Part shown: piece after piece, positions 41,104 through 49,842 of the stretch | Position numbering within the stretch: position 1 is the first letter of the stretch | Layout of the letters: each line of letters starts with the position of its first letter | Translations under genes and position numbers: made by a program | DNA from: an uncultured Alphaproteobacteria bacterium | GTDB lineage: Bacteria > Pseudomonadota > Alphaproteobacteria > Rhizobiales > Xanthobacteraceae | Direction of reading: 5' to 3' | Length of the DNA: 64,000 bases | Assembly (NCBI GenBank): GCA_963709825.1 | Contig: CAVPXZ010000001.1 | Coordinates: forward strand, 90,452 to 154,451 | The notes under the pieces: generated by a model | Database searches by the model: none | The model's input: only the letters and a program-made list of their open reading frames with translations | Told to the model about the DNA's origin: nothing

Positions 41104-41819
41104 GCGCAGCACTCAGCGCCGAAGGGCTGCAGACCTATTACGGCAAGAGCCACATTCTGCACGGCGTCAGCCTCCAGGCCGCCGAAGGCAAGGTCACCGC
41201 CCTCCTCGGCCGCAATGGCGCCGGCAAGACGACGACGTTACGAAGCGTCATGGGATTGACCCCGCCGCGCGACGGACGCGTCGCCATTCTGGGCAGGGAG
41301 ACGACCGGCTGGGCGCCGTATCGCATCGCCGCGCTCGGTGTCGGCTACGTTCCGGAAGGCCGCCGCATTTTTCCCAACCTAACCGTCAACGAGAATCTGT
41401 TGGTACCGATAGAGCGGCCGGGCCCGTGGACACCGGAAAGCGTCTATCGGCTGTTTCCCCGGCTGGCCGAGCGCCGATCAAACCGCGGCAGGCAACTGTC
41501 CGGCGGCGAGCAGGAAATGCTCGCGATCGCGCGAGCGCTCCTCGTCAATCCCAAGCTCCTTATTCTCGACGAACCTTCGCAGGGCCTAGCCCCGCTCATC
41601 ACCCGCGAAGTCTTCCGCATCGTAGCGCAGATGCGCACGGAGGGCATTTCCGTGCTGCTGGTGGAGCAGAACGTCCGCATGAGTCTCGAAATTGCCGACC
41701 ATGCTTATGTGCTCGACGACGGTCACGTCGTCTATTCCGGGCCAGCGCGGGAACTCGCCGCCGACGAAGCACGCGTCCAATCGCTGGCCGGAGCCAGCGC
41801 CGAGGAATGGACGCCGTAG
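41100..41819 (+). CDS. ABC transporter ATP-binding protein (LivF-like)
   Basis: Walker A GRNGAGKTT, signature LSGGEQEM, Walker B LLILDEPSQGL. Confidence 0.9.
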   Translation: MSAALSAEGLQTYYGKSHILHGVSLQAAEGKVTALLGRNGAGKTTTLRSVMGLTPPRDGRVAILGRETTGWAPYRIAALGVGYVPEGRRIFPNLTVNENLLVPIERPGPWTPESVYRLFPRLAERRSNRGRQLSGGEQEMLAIARALLVNPKLLILDEPSQGLAPLITREVFRIVAQMRTEGISVLLVEQNVRMSLEIADHAYVLDDGHVVYSGPARELAADEARVQSLAGASAEEWTP

Positions 41820-41820
41820 T

Positions 41821-41843
41821 GACCCAATGATGTTCATTGGGTC
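41821..41843 (+). terminator. perfect 10-bp hairpin immediately after the livF-like stop
   Basis: gacccaatga-tgt-tcattgggtc. There is no clear T-tract, so terminator function is tentative. Confidence 0.35.
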
Positions 41844-42109
41844 GGCCGTCTTGCAGTCAGTGATACCGTCAATCCGACCTTTGCCGCGGTGGAGATTGTG
41901 ACGACCAGAACGCTCGCCCGAGCTTAGGCCTGTGCAATCCGGATAAGCTTGGAGTACCGCGATACGAGGCATCGTGCGGGATGGCATTCAGCTGCGATTT
42001 GATCAGGCGAAACGAATAACGGGCGGGACAGAAGAGCGAACTGCTTTTTTACAGTTTGCAACGCGTGAATTGCACCATTGATCTAAACGGCTCTCAAGGG
42101 GGCAGTAAC

Positions 42110-42913
42110 ATGGGGACGTTCTCAGGAAATTACCCGATCGAGCATCGCACAGGCGAAATCGCGCGCCTTCATGTTCAGTCTGAGGCCATGGCTCCCGACG
42201 CGGTCGCAATGCTAGAGCGGTTCGGACCAATGCAGGGCTGGACCTGTCTCGATATCGGCTGCGGACCCGGCGGCATTACCGATCTTCTCAGTGCTCGCGT
42301 GGGACCTGCTGGCCAAGTGATTGGGCTCGATATGGACGCAGATTTTCTGGAGCATGCGCGCCGAAACGCGCCGAGCAATGTACATTTTCAGCTCGGCGAC
42401 GCTTATGGGTCGGATTTACCTGACGGCACCTTTGACCTCGTCCACATGCGCTTTGTCGCAAGTACCGCAGGAAATCCAGAGCGGCTTATCAAGGAGGCGA
42501 TCCGTTTGGTGCGATCGGGAGGCTTGGTCGCGCTCCAGGAACCGGATGGATCGACGTTGAACTGTTATCCGCCGCATCCGGCGTGGGACCGGCTACGATC
42601 CGCCTTCATGGCGGCATTCAAAGGGGTTGGTGCCGATCTCGAATTGGCAAGGAAGCTATTTTTCTTGGTGCAACAGGCTGGCCTTCGCGATGTGCAATAC
42701 CGGACCGCCTTGCTTGGCGTCCGCTCCACCGACCCGATGGTCGATTATCTGCCATCGACAGTTGAATCGCTGCGAGCGGCAATCCTCAAGCTCGGTCTTC
42801 TCAGTCAAAGCGATCTTGCCGCCGCCCTGAACGAGTGCCGCCAGCATCTCGCGAAACCGGGAACCGCATTCACGATGTACACGCTCGCACAGGTATGGGG
42901 CCGTGCAACATAG
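42110..42913 (+). CDS. class I SAM-dependent methyltransferase
   Basis: Motif I LDIGCGPGGIT. Lower-GC region. Confidence 0.75.
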   Translation: MGTFSGNYPIEHRTGEIARLHVQSEAMAPDAVAMLERFGPMQGWTCLDIGCGPGGITDLLSARVGPAGQVIGLDMDADFLEHARRNAPSNVHFQLGDAYGSDLPDGTFDLVHMRFVASTAGNPERLIKEAIRLVRSGGLVALQEPDGSTLNCYPPHPAWDRLRSAFMAAFKGVGADLELARKLFFLVQQAGLRDVQYRTALLGVRSTDPMVDYLPSTVESLRAAILKLGLLSQSDLAAALNECRQHLAKPGTAFTMYTLAQVWGRAT

Positions 42914-43322
42914 AAGTGCTTGCTGGTTGCTCCGTTCCGCTGCGGAACCATCGCAACGTTACCACTTGACCGGTTCGGGGTAAAATTGTGGGTAAAGACG
43001 CGGCGGCGGCAAAAACATGTTCAATATCAAAGGCATTTGGCTCCCCTTCCTGGATACGTATCGAACCATGTGCCACGCCCCAGAAGGCGCTTTCCGGCGC
43101 ATTTTGGAGGATGTTCGGGAGTTTCGCTTGGCTGCCTAAGGCAATGTCTGGCGCTCCATGGCTGTCCTTCCCGCCTGATGTTCAATCGATTGGCGCTCGT
43201 GCACTCCGGTTTTGCGAGGGCATGCTGCTAAAGTCGCTGATCTTGCTAAAGTTCGCAAATTGGCCAAAAACTATCGCTTGACCAATGCTTTGGGGCTGAT
43301 ACCTAAAGGAATAATATAGGAG

Positions 43323-44189
43323 ATGTGCTACGGATTCCGGGCCGTCAAAATCAACGAAAACCAGATCCAATCGGCTGTAGCCCGATGGACGGTTTCCCAG
43401 GACCTGTGGCGGACCCGAATGCTAAGCAGGACAAGATCGGAAAAACGGCTACGCGGGTCGCCCATTTCTGCGCGGACCATTGCCGACTTTTTGCGGGTAA
43501 CGCTCGCCGGTGGAGCGCTCGATGTGGCCGAACTTGAGGCTTCGGCGCGGAGCGCTGGTCTACTTCAAGAGAACCAGGAAATCCGGCACGCGAAGCCGTT
43601 CAAAAAAGCAAAGAAGTCTCTCGGCATACGATCCCAACGAATTGGCTTTGGTGTTGAGGGCAGGTGGACTTGGTCATTGCCGCCACAGCTGCACGCGCTC
43701 GAGAATAATCCCAAAGACACCGAAACGGATGTGGAAACCCCTAATGAGCGTTCCTCCGGCAACGCTGCAATCGTTGAGAACGAATTGCCCGAGGAACTGC
43801 GTGGACTTCGTGTTCCCGTTCATTGGGTTCACGGCATTGCGCTGCTCGACCACCATCGAGCACCGAGTGACGTTCCGCTGCACCGGTGGCGGCAGTTTGT
43901 GGGTGACTGCTATAGGTTCGTGAGTTCGTTCGAGAATTGCGCTGAGCGCGCTGCGATACTCGGTTGGGATGATCTGGCGTTATTTGGCTGCGCGCGCATT
44001 CGCCCGCTCGAAAACATGGCCTGCGCAGGGCTCCTCTGGGCGGTCAACGGAGACAATATCGTCAAGGTATATCGCGATTGGGCTGTCATCGAACGAGCGG
44101 AAGGCCGATCTCGGCGCGTCCATCACCGTCGGTCTTCGAACGCAGCTAAAGTCACCTTGCCTTGGATGGCTTATCGCAGAAATCGCTGA
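43323..44189 (+). CDS. hypothetical protein of mobile-element type (N-terminal wHTH-like segment)
   Basis: The segment ARTIADFLRVTLAGGALDVAELEASARSAGL...KKAKKSLGIRSQRIGFG..GRWTWSLP resembles the C-terminal wHTH of plasmid/phage primase-helicase proteins (from memory). Start is uncertain (43323 or ATG 43419). Confidence 0.5.
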   Translation: MCYGFRAVKINENQIQSAVARWTVSQDLWRTRMLSRTRSEKRLRGSPISARTIADFLRVTLAGGALDVAELEASARSAGLLQENQEIRHAKPFKKAKKSLGIRSQRIGFGVEGRWTWSLPPQLHALENNPKDTETDVETPNERSSGNAAIVENELPEELRGLRVPVHWVHGIALLDHHRAPSDVPLHRWRQFVGDCYRFVSSFENCAERAAILGWDDLALFGCARIRPLENMACAGLLWAVNGDNIVKVYRDWAVIERAEGRSRRVHHRRSSNAAKVTLPWMAYRRNR

Positions 44190-44381
44190 ACCACGCTTGG
44201 TCGACCTCCGCCTCCGACTTCTAATGCTGACCTGTGCCGCGGATTTTTTCGGTAGTCCTTTTGGTATGCTTGGTGGGCATATCGAATGCGCGGCTGATCA
44301 GCCGAATAACCTGGTCTGCGGGCACCGATAACTCATGTTGCAGGCGTTGACGGTACTCCCGGTGGTTGGGCCGCCGTAATC

Positions 44382-45032
44382 GTGCAGGCTGGCCGATGCA
44401 CAATTCGGAAGGTGGCCGTCCTTGCTGACCTTCTCGAAATCGATTCAGATTTCGATATCATCGCAGTTGATGTGCCAATTGGATTGCTAGACGCCTACGA
44501 GATCGGAGGCCGCGTCTGTGACCGTGCGGCAAGAAGGATTCTAAGGCAAAGAGCCAACAGCGTTTTTCCGGCGCCGGTGCGTCCCGTTCTTGCAGCGACG
44601 TCATGGCACGACGCCTGCGTAAAATCGCGTGCAAGCGGACCTCACGGCAAGGCCGTTAGCAAGCAGACGTTCGCTATCTTGCCCAAAATCAAAGAAGTTG
44701 ATGACCTTCTTCAGGCGCGCCGCAAACTGCGCGATGTGGTGCGTGAAGTGCATCCTGAAGTGTGCTTTCGCGAGCTGGTCGGCGAAGTCATGCTCCACCG
44801 CAAAGGATCGACCGCGGGACGAGAGGAACGACGGCTTGCGCTCACGCGGGTTTTTCCCGACCTGGGTGTGATTGAAAGAGGTGGCAGGGCGTTAGGACTG
44901 CCGATCGAGGATATTTGGGATGCCTCCGTCGCCTGTTGGTCCGCGGTACGGCTAGCGAAAGGCGAAGCGCGCAGTTTGCCTGACCACATTCCAGTCGACG
45001 GCACGGGGCTGCCGATGGCGATTTGGGTCTAA
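44382..45032 (+). CDS. DUF429-family (RNase H-like fold) protein; 5' end disturbed
   Basis: DIIAVDVPIGLL core. Homology (VAGVDGTPGGWAAVIV) continues upstream in frame to about 44337, but there is no canonical in-frame start. The nearby ATG 44335 is in another frame. Confidence 0.6.
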   Translation: MQAGRCTIRKVAVLADLLEIDSDFDIIAVDVPIGLLDAYEIGGRVCDRAARRILRQRANSVFPAPVRPVLAATSWHDACVKSRASGPHGKAVSKQTFAILPKIKEVDDLLQARRKLRDVVREVHPEVCFRELVGEVMLHRKGSTAGREERRLALTRVFPDLGVIERGGRALGLPIEDIWDASVACWSAVRLAKGEARSLPDHIPVDGTGLPMAIWV

Positions 45033-45440
45033 TGCCGATTGCGCGTGGCCAGCGACACATTTCCCGTTCCATAGGTGTCCCGTCGCTGATTAAGTCATTC
45101 CGGCCGGGTCACCTATGTGCGCCGGCTCACGAAAGATCTCGACCACTTGGACCGTTGCGAGCCGGCAATTCAGAAGTCGACAATCCATATGTGTCCCGCC
45201 GGTGAGGAATCAGTCGAGGGTAGTAACGCGCTGCATGGGTTACCTATGGACGTCAGATCTCGCCGAGGCCGAAATCGGCCGTTTCGTAGGGAAATGAATA
45301 TTGAGAGTAGTCCTCTGCCAAAAACCCGACAGTTCTTAGCGGTGCTCCGAAATATGGGTTGAGGCGAGAAATGAGAGACAAGCCATATGGTTGGACAAAA
45401 TTTTGCGGTTTCTTAAGAAGATTGTAGCCGAGGGAGGCGC

Positions 45441-45474
45441 TGCCGCGGGCAGCCCGTCCGAACGGGCGCCTTAG
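45441..45474. repeat. 34-bp direct repeat, copy 1 (contains hairpin gcccgt-ccga-acgggc)
   Basis: tgccgcgggcagcccgtccgaacgggcgccttag, identical to 45709-45742. Confidence 0.95.
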
Positions 45475-45708
45475 GGGGAGGGGGGGGGGGGGGGGGGGGT
45501 GGGGGCCGACGGTGGGGGCGCGAGCGGGAGCGGGCGCGGCGGGGAATGGCGCGCAAGGGGAGACTCGATGGCGGCGGCAGGCGGGGGGGGGAGAGAAGGA
45601 TGAGGGAGGCGGTGTGGGGAATATGCAGGGTAGATTGTTGTGTGAGGCGGCGGTGTGATTAATGCAGTTTGTATGGTGGTAGCATGGTGGAAAGACATGA
45701 TAGTTGGT
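45475..45708 (+). other. 234-bp strongly G-rich, C-poor block beginning with a G21 homopolymer
   Basis: Read directly: a G run at 45480-45500, then many G3-G8 tracts, and almost no C in the last ~120 nt. Confidence 0.9.
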
Positions 45709-45742
45709 TGCCGCGGGCAGCCCGTCCGAACGGGCGCCTTAG
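45709..45742. repeat. 34-bp direct repeat, copy 2
   Basis: Identical to 45441-45474. Confidence 0.95.
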
Positions 45743-45940
45743 TAGGCCAGTCCAACGACGCACCAAACCCTCGACGCCTGGTCAGACTCTATGGGTCGGG
45801 AGGGCGTTACGCGTTACACTTAGGTGTGCCGTGAACGTTACGCATCACGCGGCTCTGCATTTCGCGCCGTTGCGGTAGTCCAATCCAAGGCACTGGGCTT
45901 GGACCAATTCGGAAACGATCCACTCTTTCGATCGAGTTGC

Positions 45941-46741
45941 ATGCGTCTCAAGGATAAGATCGCCATCGTAGTAGGCGCCGGTCAGTCGCCTGACGAAGGC
46001 CTGGGCAATGGCCGCGCCACGGTTTTGCGTTTCGCTCAGGAAGGCGCAAAGGTACTTGCCGTCGACAATAATCTCGCCTCCGCCGAGGAAACGGTCGCTA
46101 TCGCGCGACAATCGGGTGGAGAATGCGTCGCGTTCGAAGCGGATGTCGCCAACGAGACGACGCTCGCGGCAATGGTCGAGTCCTCACGACGGCGTTGGGG
46201 CCGCGTCGACATTCTCCACTACAACGTCGGCGTGAGCATCGCCGGCGGGGACGCGCCGCTCGATGACATCACAGAGGCCGCATTCGACCGCATCGCCACC
46301 ATCAACCTGCGCGGCGCCATCATGGCCTGCAAGCATGTCCTGCCGCTGATGCGCGCCCAGCGCGCGGGCGTCATTATCACGATCTCGTCGGTCGCCGCCT
46401 GGGAGCAGTACCCCAACGTAGCCTACAAGGCGACCAAGGCCGGAATGATCGCCTTCACGCAGCAGGTCGCCATCCAGAATGCCGAGTTTGGGGTGCGCGC
46501 CAACGTTATTTTGCCAGGGTTGATGGACACGCCGATGGCGGTCGATACGCGCGCCCGCGTCAGCGGCAAAAGCCGCGCTGAGGTCGCGGCCTCCCGTGAC
46601 GCGCGCGTGCCGCTGCGCCACAAGATGGGCACCGCTTGGGACGTCGCGAACGCCGCGCTGTTCCTCGCTTCCGACGAGGCGAATTTCATTACCGGCGTTG
46701 CGCTCCCGGTCGATGGCGGCGCTCTCGTCCACATCAACTGA
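45941..46741 (+). CDS. SDR-family oxidoreductase
   Basis: MRLKDKIAIVVGAGQ...GNG cofactor motif and catalytic YKATKAG. Trimmed to ATG 45941. Confidence 0.85.
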   Translation: MRLKDKIAIVVGAGQSPDEGLGNGRATVLRFAQEGAKVLAVDNNLASAEETVAIARQSGGECVAFEADVANETTLAAMVESSRRRWGRVDILHYNVGVSIAGGDAPLDDITEAAFDRIATINLRGAIMACKHVLPLMRAQRAGVIITISSVAAWEQYPNVAYKATKAGMIAFTQQVAIQNAEFGVRANVILPGLMDTPMAVDTRARVSGKSRAEVAASRDARVPLRHKMGTAWDVANAALFLASDEANFITGVALPVDGGALVHIN

Positions 46742-46778
46742 GCCGCCCATGCGCCCGCCCGGTGTCGAAGAGCACGTC

Positions 46779-47028
46779 AAGTTGAAATGCTGTTCGCCCA
46801 TCTCAAACGCATTCTCAAGCTCGATCGGCTCAGACTCAGAGGACCTAATGGTGCGCCCGATGAGTTCCTGCTCGCAGCAACCGCCCAAAACCTCCGAAAG
46901 CTGGCGAAGCTGATACCGATGCCAAGCCCTCACCCAGCCTGAGACCACCAGCAGTTTGCAATCGAGGGCCTTCGAACGGCCAGGCTGATTCATCTCCAAT
47001 TACTCACCGACTTCTTCAACAGAATCGG
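46779..47028 (+). mobile_element. remnant (3'-terminal ~250 bp) of an IS1182-family element, inverted relative to the 22.8-kb copy
   Basis: Reverse-complement match to 22822-23075, including terminal IR ...cttcttcaacagaatcgg. Encodes the transposase C-terminus (EMLFAHLKRILKLDRLRLRG...). By eye there is roughly one mismatch per 10 nt. Confidence 0.85.
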
Positions 47029-47278
47029 TCAACAGCGTCGCAATAGCGACGTCGGTATCATGTCCGCTTTCGCCCCCGATCGCGACCACATCGCGGACTT
47101 CGCGACATGTCGCGAAGGGCCAAAGAACGAACCCGCTCGCGCGGGAGTGCGCTGCGCGCGGAACGGATCAAATGGTGAGGGCCGCGCTAACCGACTGATC
47201 GAGAGGCGCTGACGGTCAGGCTTCCCGCCCTGAGGATCGAGGGGTTGCAGAACCCCAATCTCAGGACAGGAGCCTTCG

Positions 47279-48154
47279 ATGAGTGACAAGCCCATCAGCG
47301 ATCTTCGCCGCCGCATTTTGCAGGATATGACGAACCGCAACTTCGGCGCCAAGACCCAACACGATTATATCCGGCACATCGAGACCTTTGCCAAGTTCCT
47401 CGGCCGCGCGCCGGACACGGCGAGCGGCGACGACATCCGCTGCTTCCAGGCCGAGCAGATCGCGCAGGGCGCGCAGCCAGCGAAGATGAATACGCAAGCA
47501 TCCGCACTGCGCTTCTTCCTTGGCATCACGTGCGGTCGCGCCGACCTGGCCCATCAGATTGCCCGCACGCGTTACCCCAGGAAGCTGCCGCGTGTGCTCT
47601 CGCCCGAGGATATCGCGCGGCTGCTCGAGGCGGCACCGGGCCCGGGCCTGAAGTACAAGGCGGCCTTGAGCGTGGCCTATGGTGCGGGCCTTCGAGGCGG
47701 CGAGGTCGCCATGCTGCGAGTGGGCGACATCGACAGCCAGCGTATGCTGATCCGTGTCGAGATGGGCAAGGGCCGCAAAGACCGGCACGCCATGCTGTCG
47801 CCGGTGTTGCTCGAGCTGTTGCGCACATGGTGGCTGCAGTGCCGCTCGCAGGGCTGGCTATTCCCGGGCCGCGATCCGCTGTTGCCGATCACCGTGCGCC
47901 AGCTCAACCGTGCCTGCCACATGGCTGCCGATGCCGCCGGGCTCGGCTCCTGGGTGTCGCCGCACACGCTGCGACACTCGTTTGCGACGCATCTTCTAGA
48001 GAGCAGCATCGACGTGCGCGTGATCCAGGTTCTGCTCGGGCACGCCAAGCTGGATACGACCGCACGCTACACGCAGGTCGCGACCAATCTGCTGCGGTCG
48101 GTCGAGAGCCCGCTCGATCGACTGCTGCGGCCGAAAGATCAGTCGCCGGCATAA
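47279..48154 (+). CDS. tyrosine recombinase/integrase, accessory gene of an IS91-family element
   Basis: Catalytic residues in context: GLRGGE (R), HTLRHSFATH (HxxR), LGHAKLDTTARY (H..Y). Sits 10 nt upstream of the IS91 transposase. Confidence 0.85.
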   Translation: MSDKPISDLRRRILQDMTNRNFGAKTQHDYIRHIETFAKFLGRAPDTASGDDIRCFQAEQIAQGAQPAKMNTQASALRFFLGITCGRADLAHQIARTRYPRKLPRVLSPEDIARLLEAAPGPGLKYKAALSVAYGAGLRGGEVAMLRVGDIDSQRMLIRVEMGKGRKDRHAMLSPVLLELLRTWWLQCRSQGWLFPGRDPLLPITVRQLNRACHMAADAAGLGSWVSPHTLRHSFATHLLESSIDVRVIQVLLGHAKLDTTARYTQVATNLLRSVESPLDRLLRPKDQSPA

Positions 48155-48164
48155 TCGGCGCCCC

Positions 48165-49418
48165 TTGGCTCGTCCTGCCCTGGAGGTCGCGGACCTGTTC
48201 CGTGACCATGGTCCCGCTTGGCGTGAGGCCAACCGCGGCCACGTGAGCCTCAGCCAGCTCAAGGTGATGAGTGCGATCGAGGACTGCCGCACGGCGGCGC
48301 TCGGCGGGCACGTTGCGCGCTGTGAGAACCAGCGGTGCGGCTTCACCTCGATTGCCTACAACAGCTGCCGCAATCGGCATTGTCCCAAGTGCCAGGGGGC
48401 GGCTGCGCGCGAATGGGTGGCGGCGCGCGAGGCTGATCTCTTGCCGGTGCCATACTTCCACGTCGTGTTCACGCTGCCGGCCGAGATCGGCGACATTGCC
48501 TATCAGAACAAGGCGGTGATCTACGACCTGCTGTTTAGAGCATCGAGCGAGACCATGCTCACCATTGCGGCCGACCCTAAACACCTCGGAGCCAGGATTG
48601 GCATCACCGCCGTGCTCCACACCTGGGGCTCGGCGATGACCCACCATCCGCACCTGCATATGATCGTGCCGGGCGGCGGCATCTCGTTCGATGGCCAGCG
48701 GTGGGTATCGTGCCGACCGGGATTCTTCCTGCCGGTGCTGGTGCTCTCTCGGCTGTTCCGGCGGCTGATGCTGGAGAAGCTTGTTGCTGCACACGCGGCC
48801 AGCAAGCTCACATTCTTCGGCACGCACGCGGCACTCGCCGATGCTGTGCGCTTCGCCGCGTTCCTGGCGGCGCTCAAGAAGAAGCGCTGGTTCGTCTACG
48901 CCAAGGAGCCCTTCGCGGGCCCAAGAGCCGTGCTCGCCTACCTGTCGCGCTACACCCATCGCGTCGCCATCTCCAACAGTCGGCTCTTGAAGACCGACGG
49001 CAAGACGGTGACCTTCCGCGTCAAAAACTATCGTGTCGACGGCGTTGCGCGATATACCACAATGACGCTCGACGTCGCCGAGTTCATCCGCCGCTTCCTT
49101 CTCCACGTGCTGCCGAAGGGGCAGCATCGCATCCGTCATTACGGCCTGTTCGCCAACGGCACACGCGTCGACAACATTGCGCTCGCACGAACGCTGATCG
49201 GCGTGACCGCGGCAGAGATCGCGAACGCTGCGGCGGCGCCGATGCTCGACCAGGACGCCATCAACGCAGAGCCGGCGACAGCCGAGCCCGAGCCTCACAC
49301 ACCGACCTGTCCGTGCTGCGGCAGCAAAATGCGCATCATCGAGGTCTTCCAGCGCGGCCAGACGCCCCGCCACAAAGCCTCGCCGTGCCCGCCATCGATC
49401 CGGATCGATACCTCATGA
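48165..49418 (+). CDS. IS91-family (HUH/Y2 rolling-circle) transposase
   Basis: N-terminal Zn-finger CRNRHCPKCQ, YFHVVFTLP, HTWGSAMTHHPHLHMIV (HUH), YLSRYTHRVAISNSRL, C-terminal CPCCGSKM. Confidence 0.9.
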   Translation: MARPALEVADLFRDHGPAWREANRGHVSLSQLKVMSAIEDCRTAALGGHVARCENQRCGFTSIAYNSCRNRHCPKCQGAAAREWVAAREADLLPVPYFHVVFTLPAEIGDIAYQNKAVIYDLLFRASSETMLTIAADPKHLGARIGITAVLHTWGSAMTHHPHLHMIVPGGGISFDGQRWVSCRPGFFLPVLVLSRLFRRLMLEKLVAAHAASKLTFFGTHAALADAVRFAAFLAALKKKRWFVYAKEPFAGPRAVLAYLSRYTHRVAISNSRLLKTDGKTVTFRVKNYRVDGVARYTTMTLDVAEFIRRFLLHVLPKGQHRIRHYGLFANGTRVDNIALARTLIGVTAAEIANAAAAPMLDQDAINAEPATAEPEPHTPTCPCCGSKMRIIEVFQRGQTPRHKASPCPPSIRIDTS

Positions 49419-49842
49419 CAATGCTCGTAGAAGCACAGCAAAACGATGATGCTTCGAGTTGGTCACCGGCCAGCCTCGCAGACCCGTTGTCGATCCGCCA
49501 CCGACGCGGCTGTCGCACCGCCGGCAGTCACTCCCAACCGCACCATCGCCACCTGTTGCGAGGCCGTCGTTCGAAAAATACAAGACCAGCCGCCGCGATC
49601 ACCACTTCGTCCGACAAAGACCAAGGGCTCAAATACCCATAGCGTTCGCGGCACCGCCACCAGTCAACCCCCCGCGGGTTCCTTCCCTGCAGGCTTCCGG
49701 ACGCCGGCCCCGGTGCCAGCGGCACCGTCCGTGACGGCCGGCATCCGGAACCCTCAACAAAAGGCGACATGATTAGCGGTCAGCCTTGCTGAAGAAGCCA
49801 AATCGGAACAAGCTCGCCTTTGCGATACCAAGGAGGCCGGTC

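Noticed and set aside
45060-45205. Two similar short motifs (ataggtgtcccgtcgc at about 45071 and atatgtgtcccgccgg at about 45186) as possible operator sites
   Set aside because: There are only two imperfect copies in a non-coding spacer with no adjacent regulator gene or clear downstream promoter target. The support is too weak to call.
45471-45755. 94-aa proline-rich ORF on the minus strand
   Set aside because: It is simply the complement of the G-rich block (CCN codons). It has no start context and reads through a homopolymer.
22822-47028. 24-kb composite transposon bounded by inverted IS1182 copies
   Set aside because: The right-hand copy is only a 250-bp remnant and differs from the full copy at roughly one position in ten (by eye). 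Its broken end faces inward. The cargo (kup, the hmf-like operon, the ABC transporter) looks like ordinary chromosomal content. It was more likely produced by independent insertions and decay.
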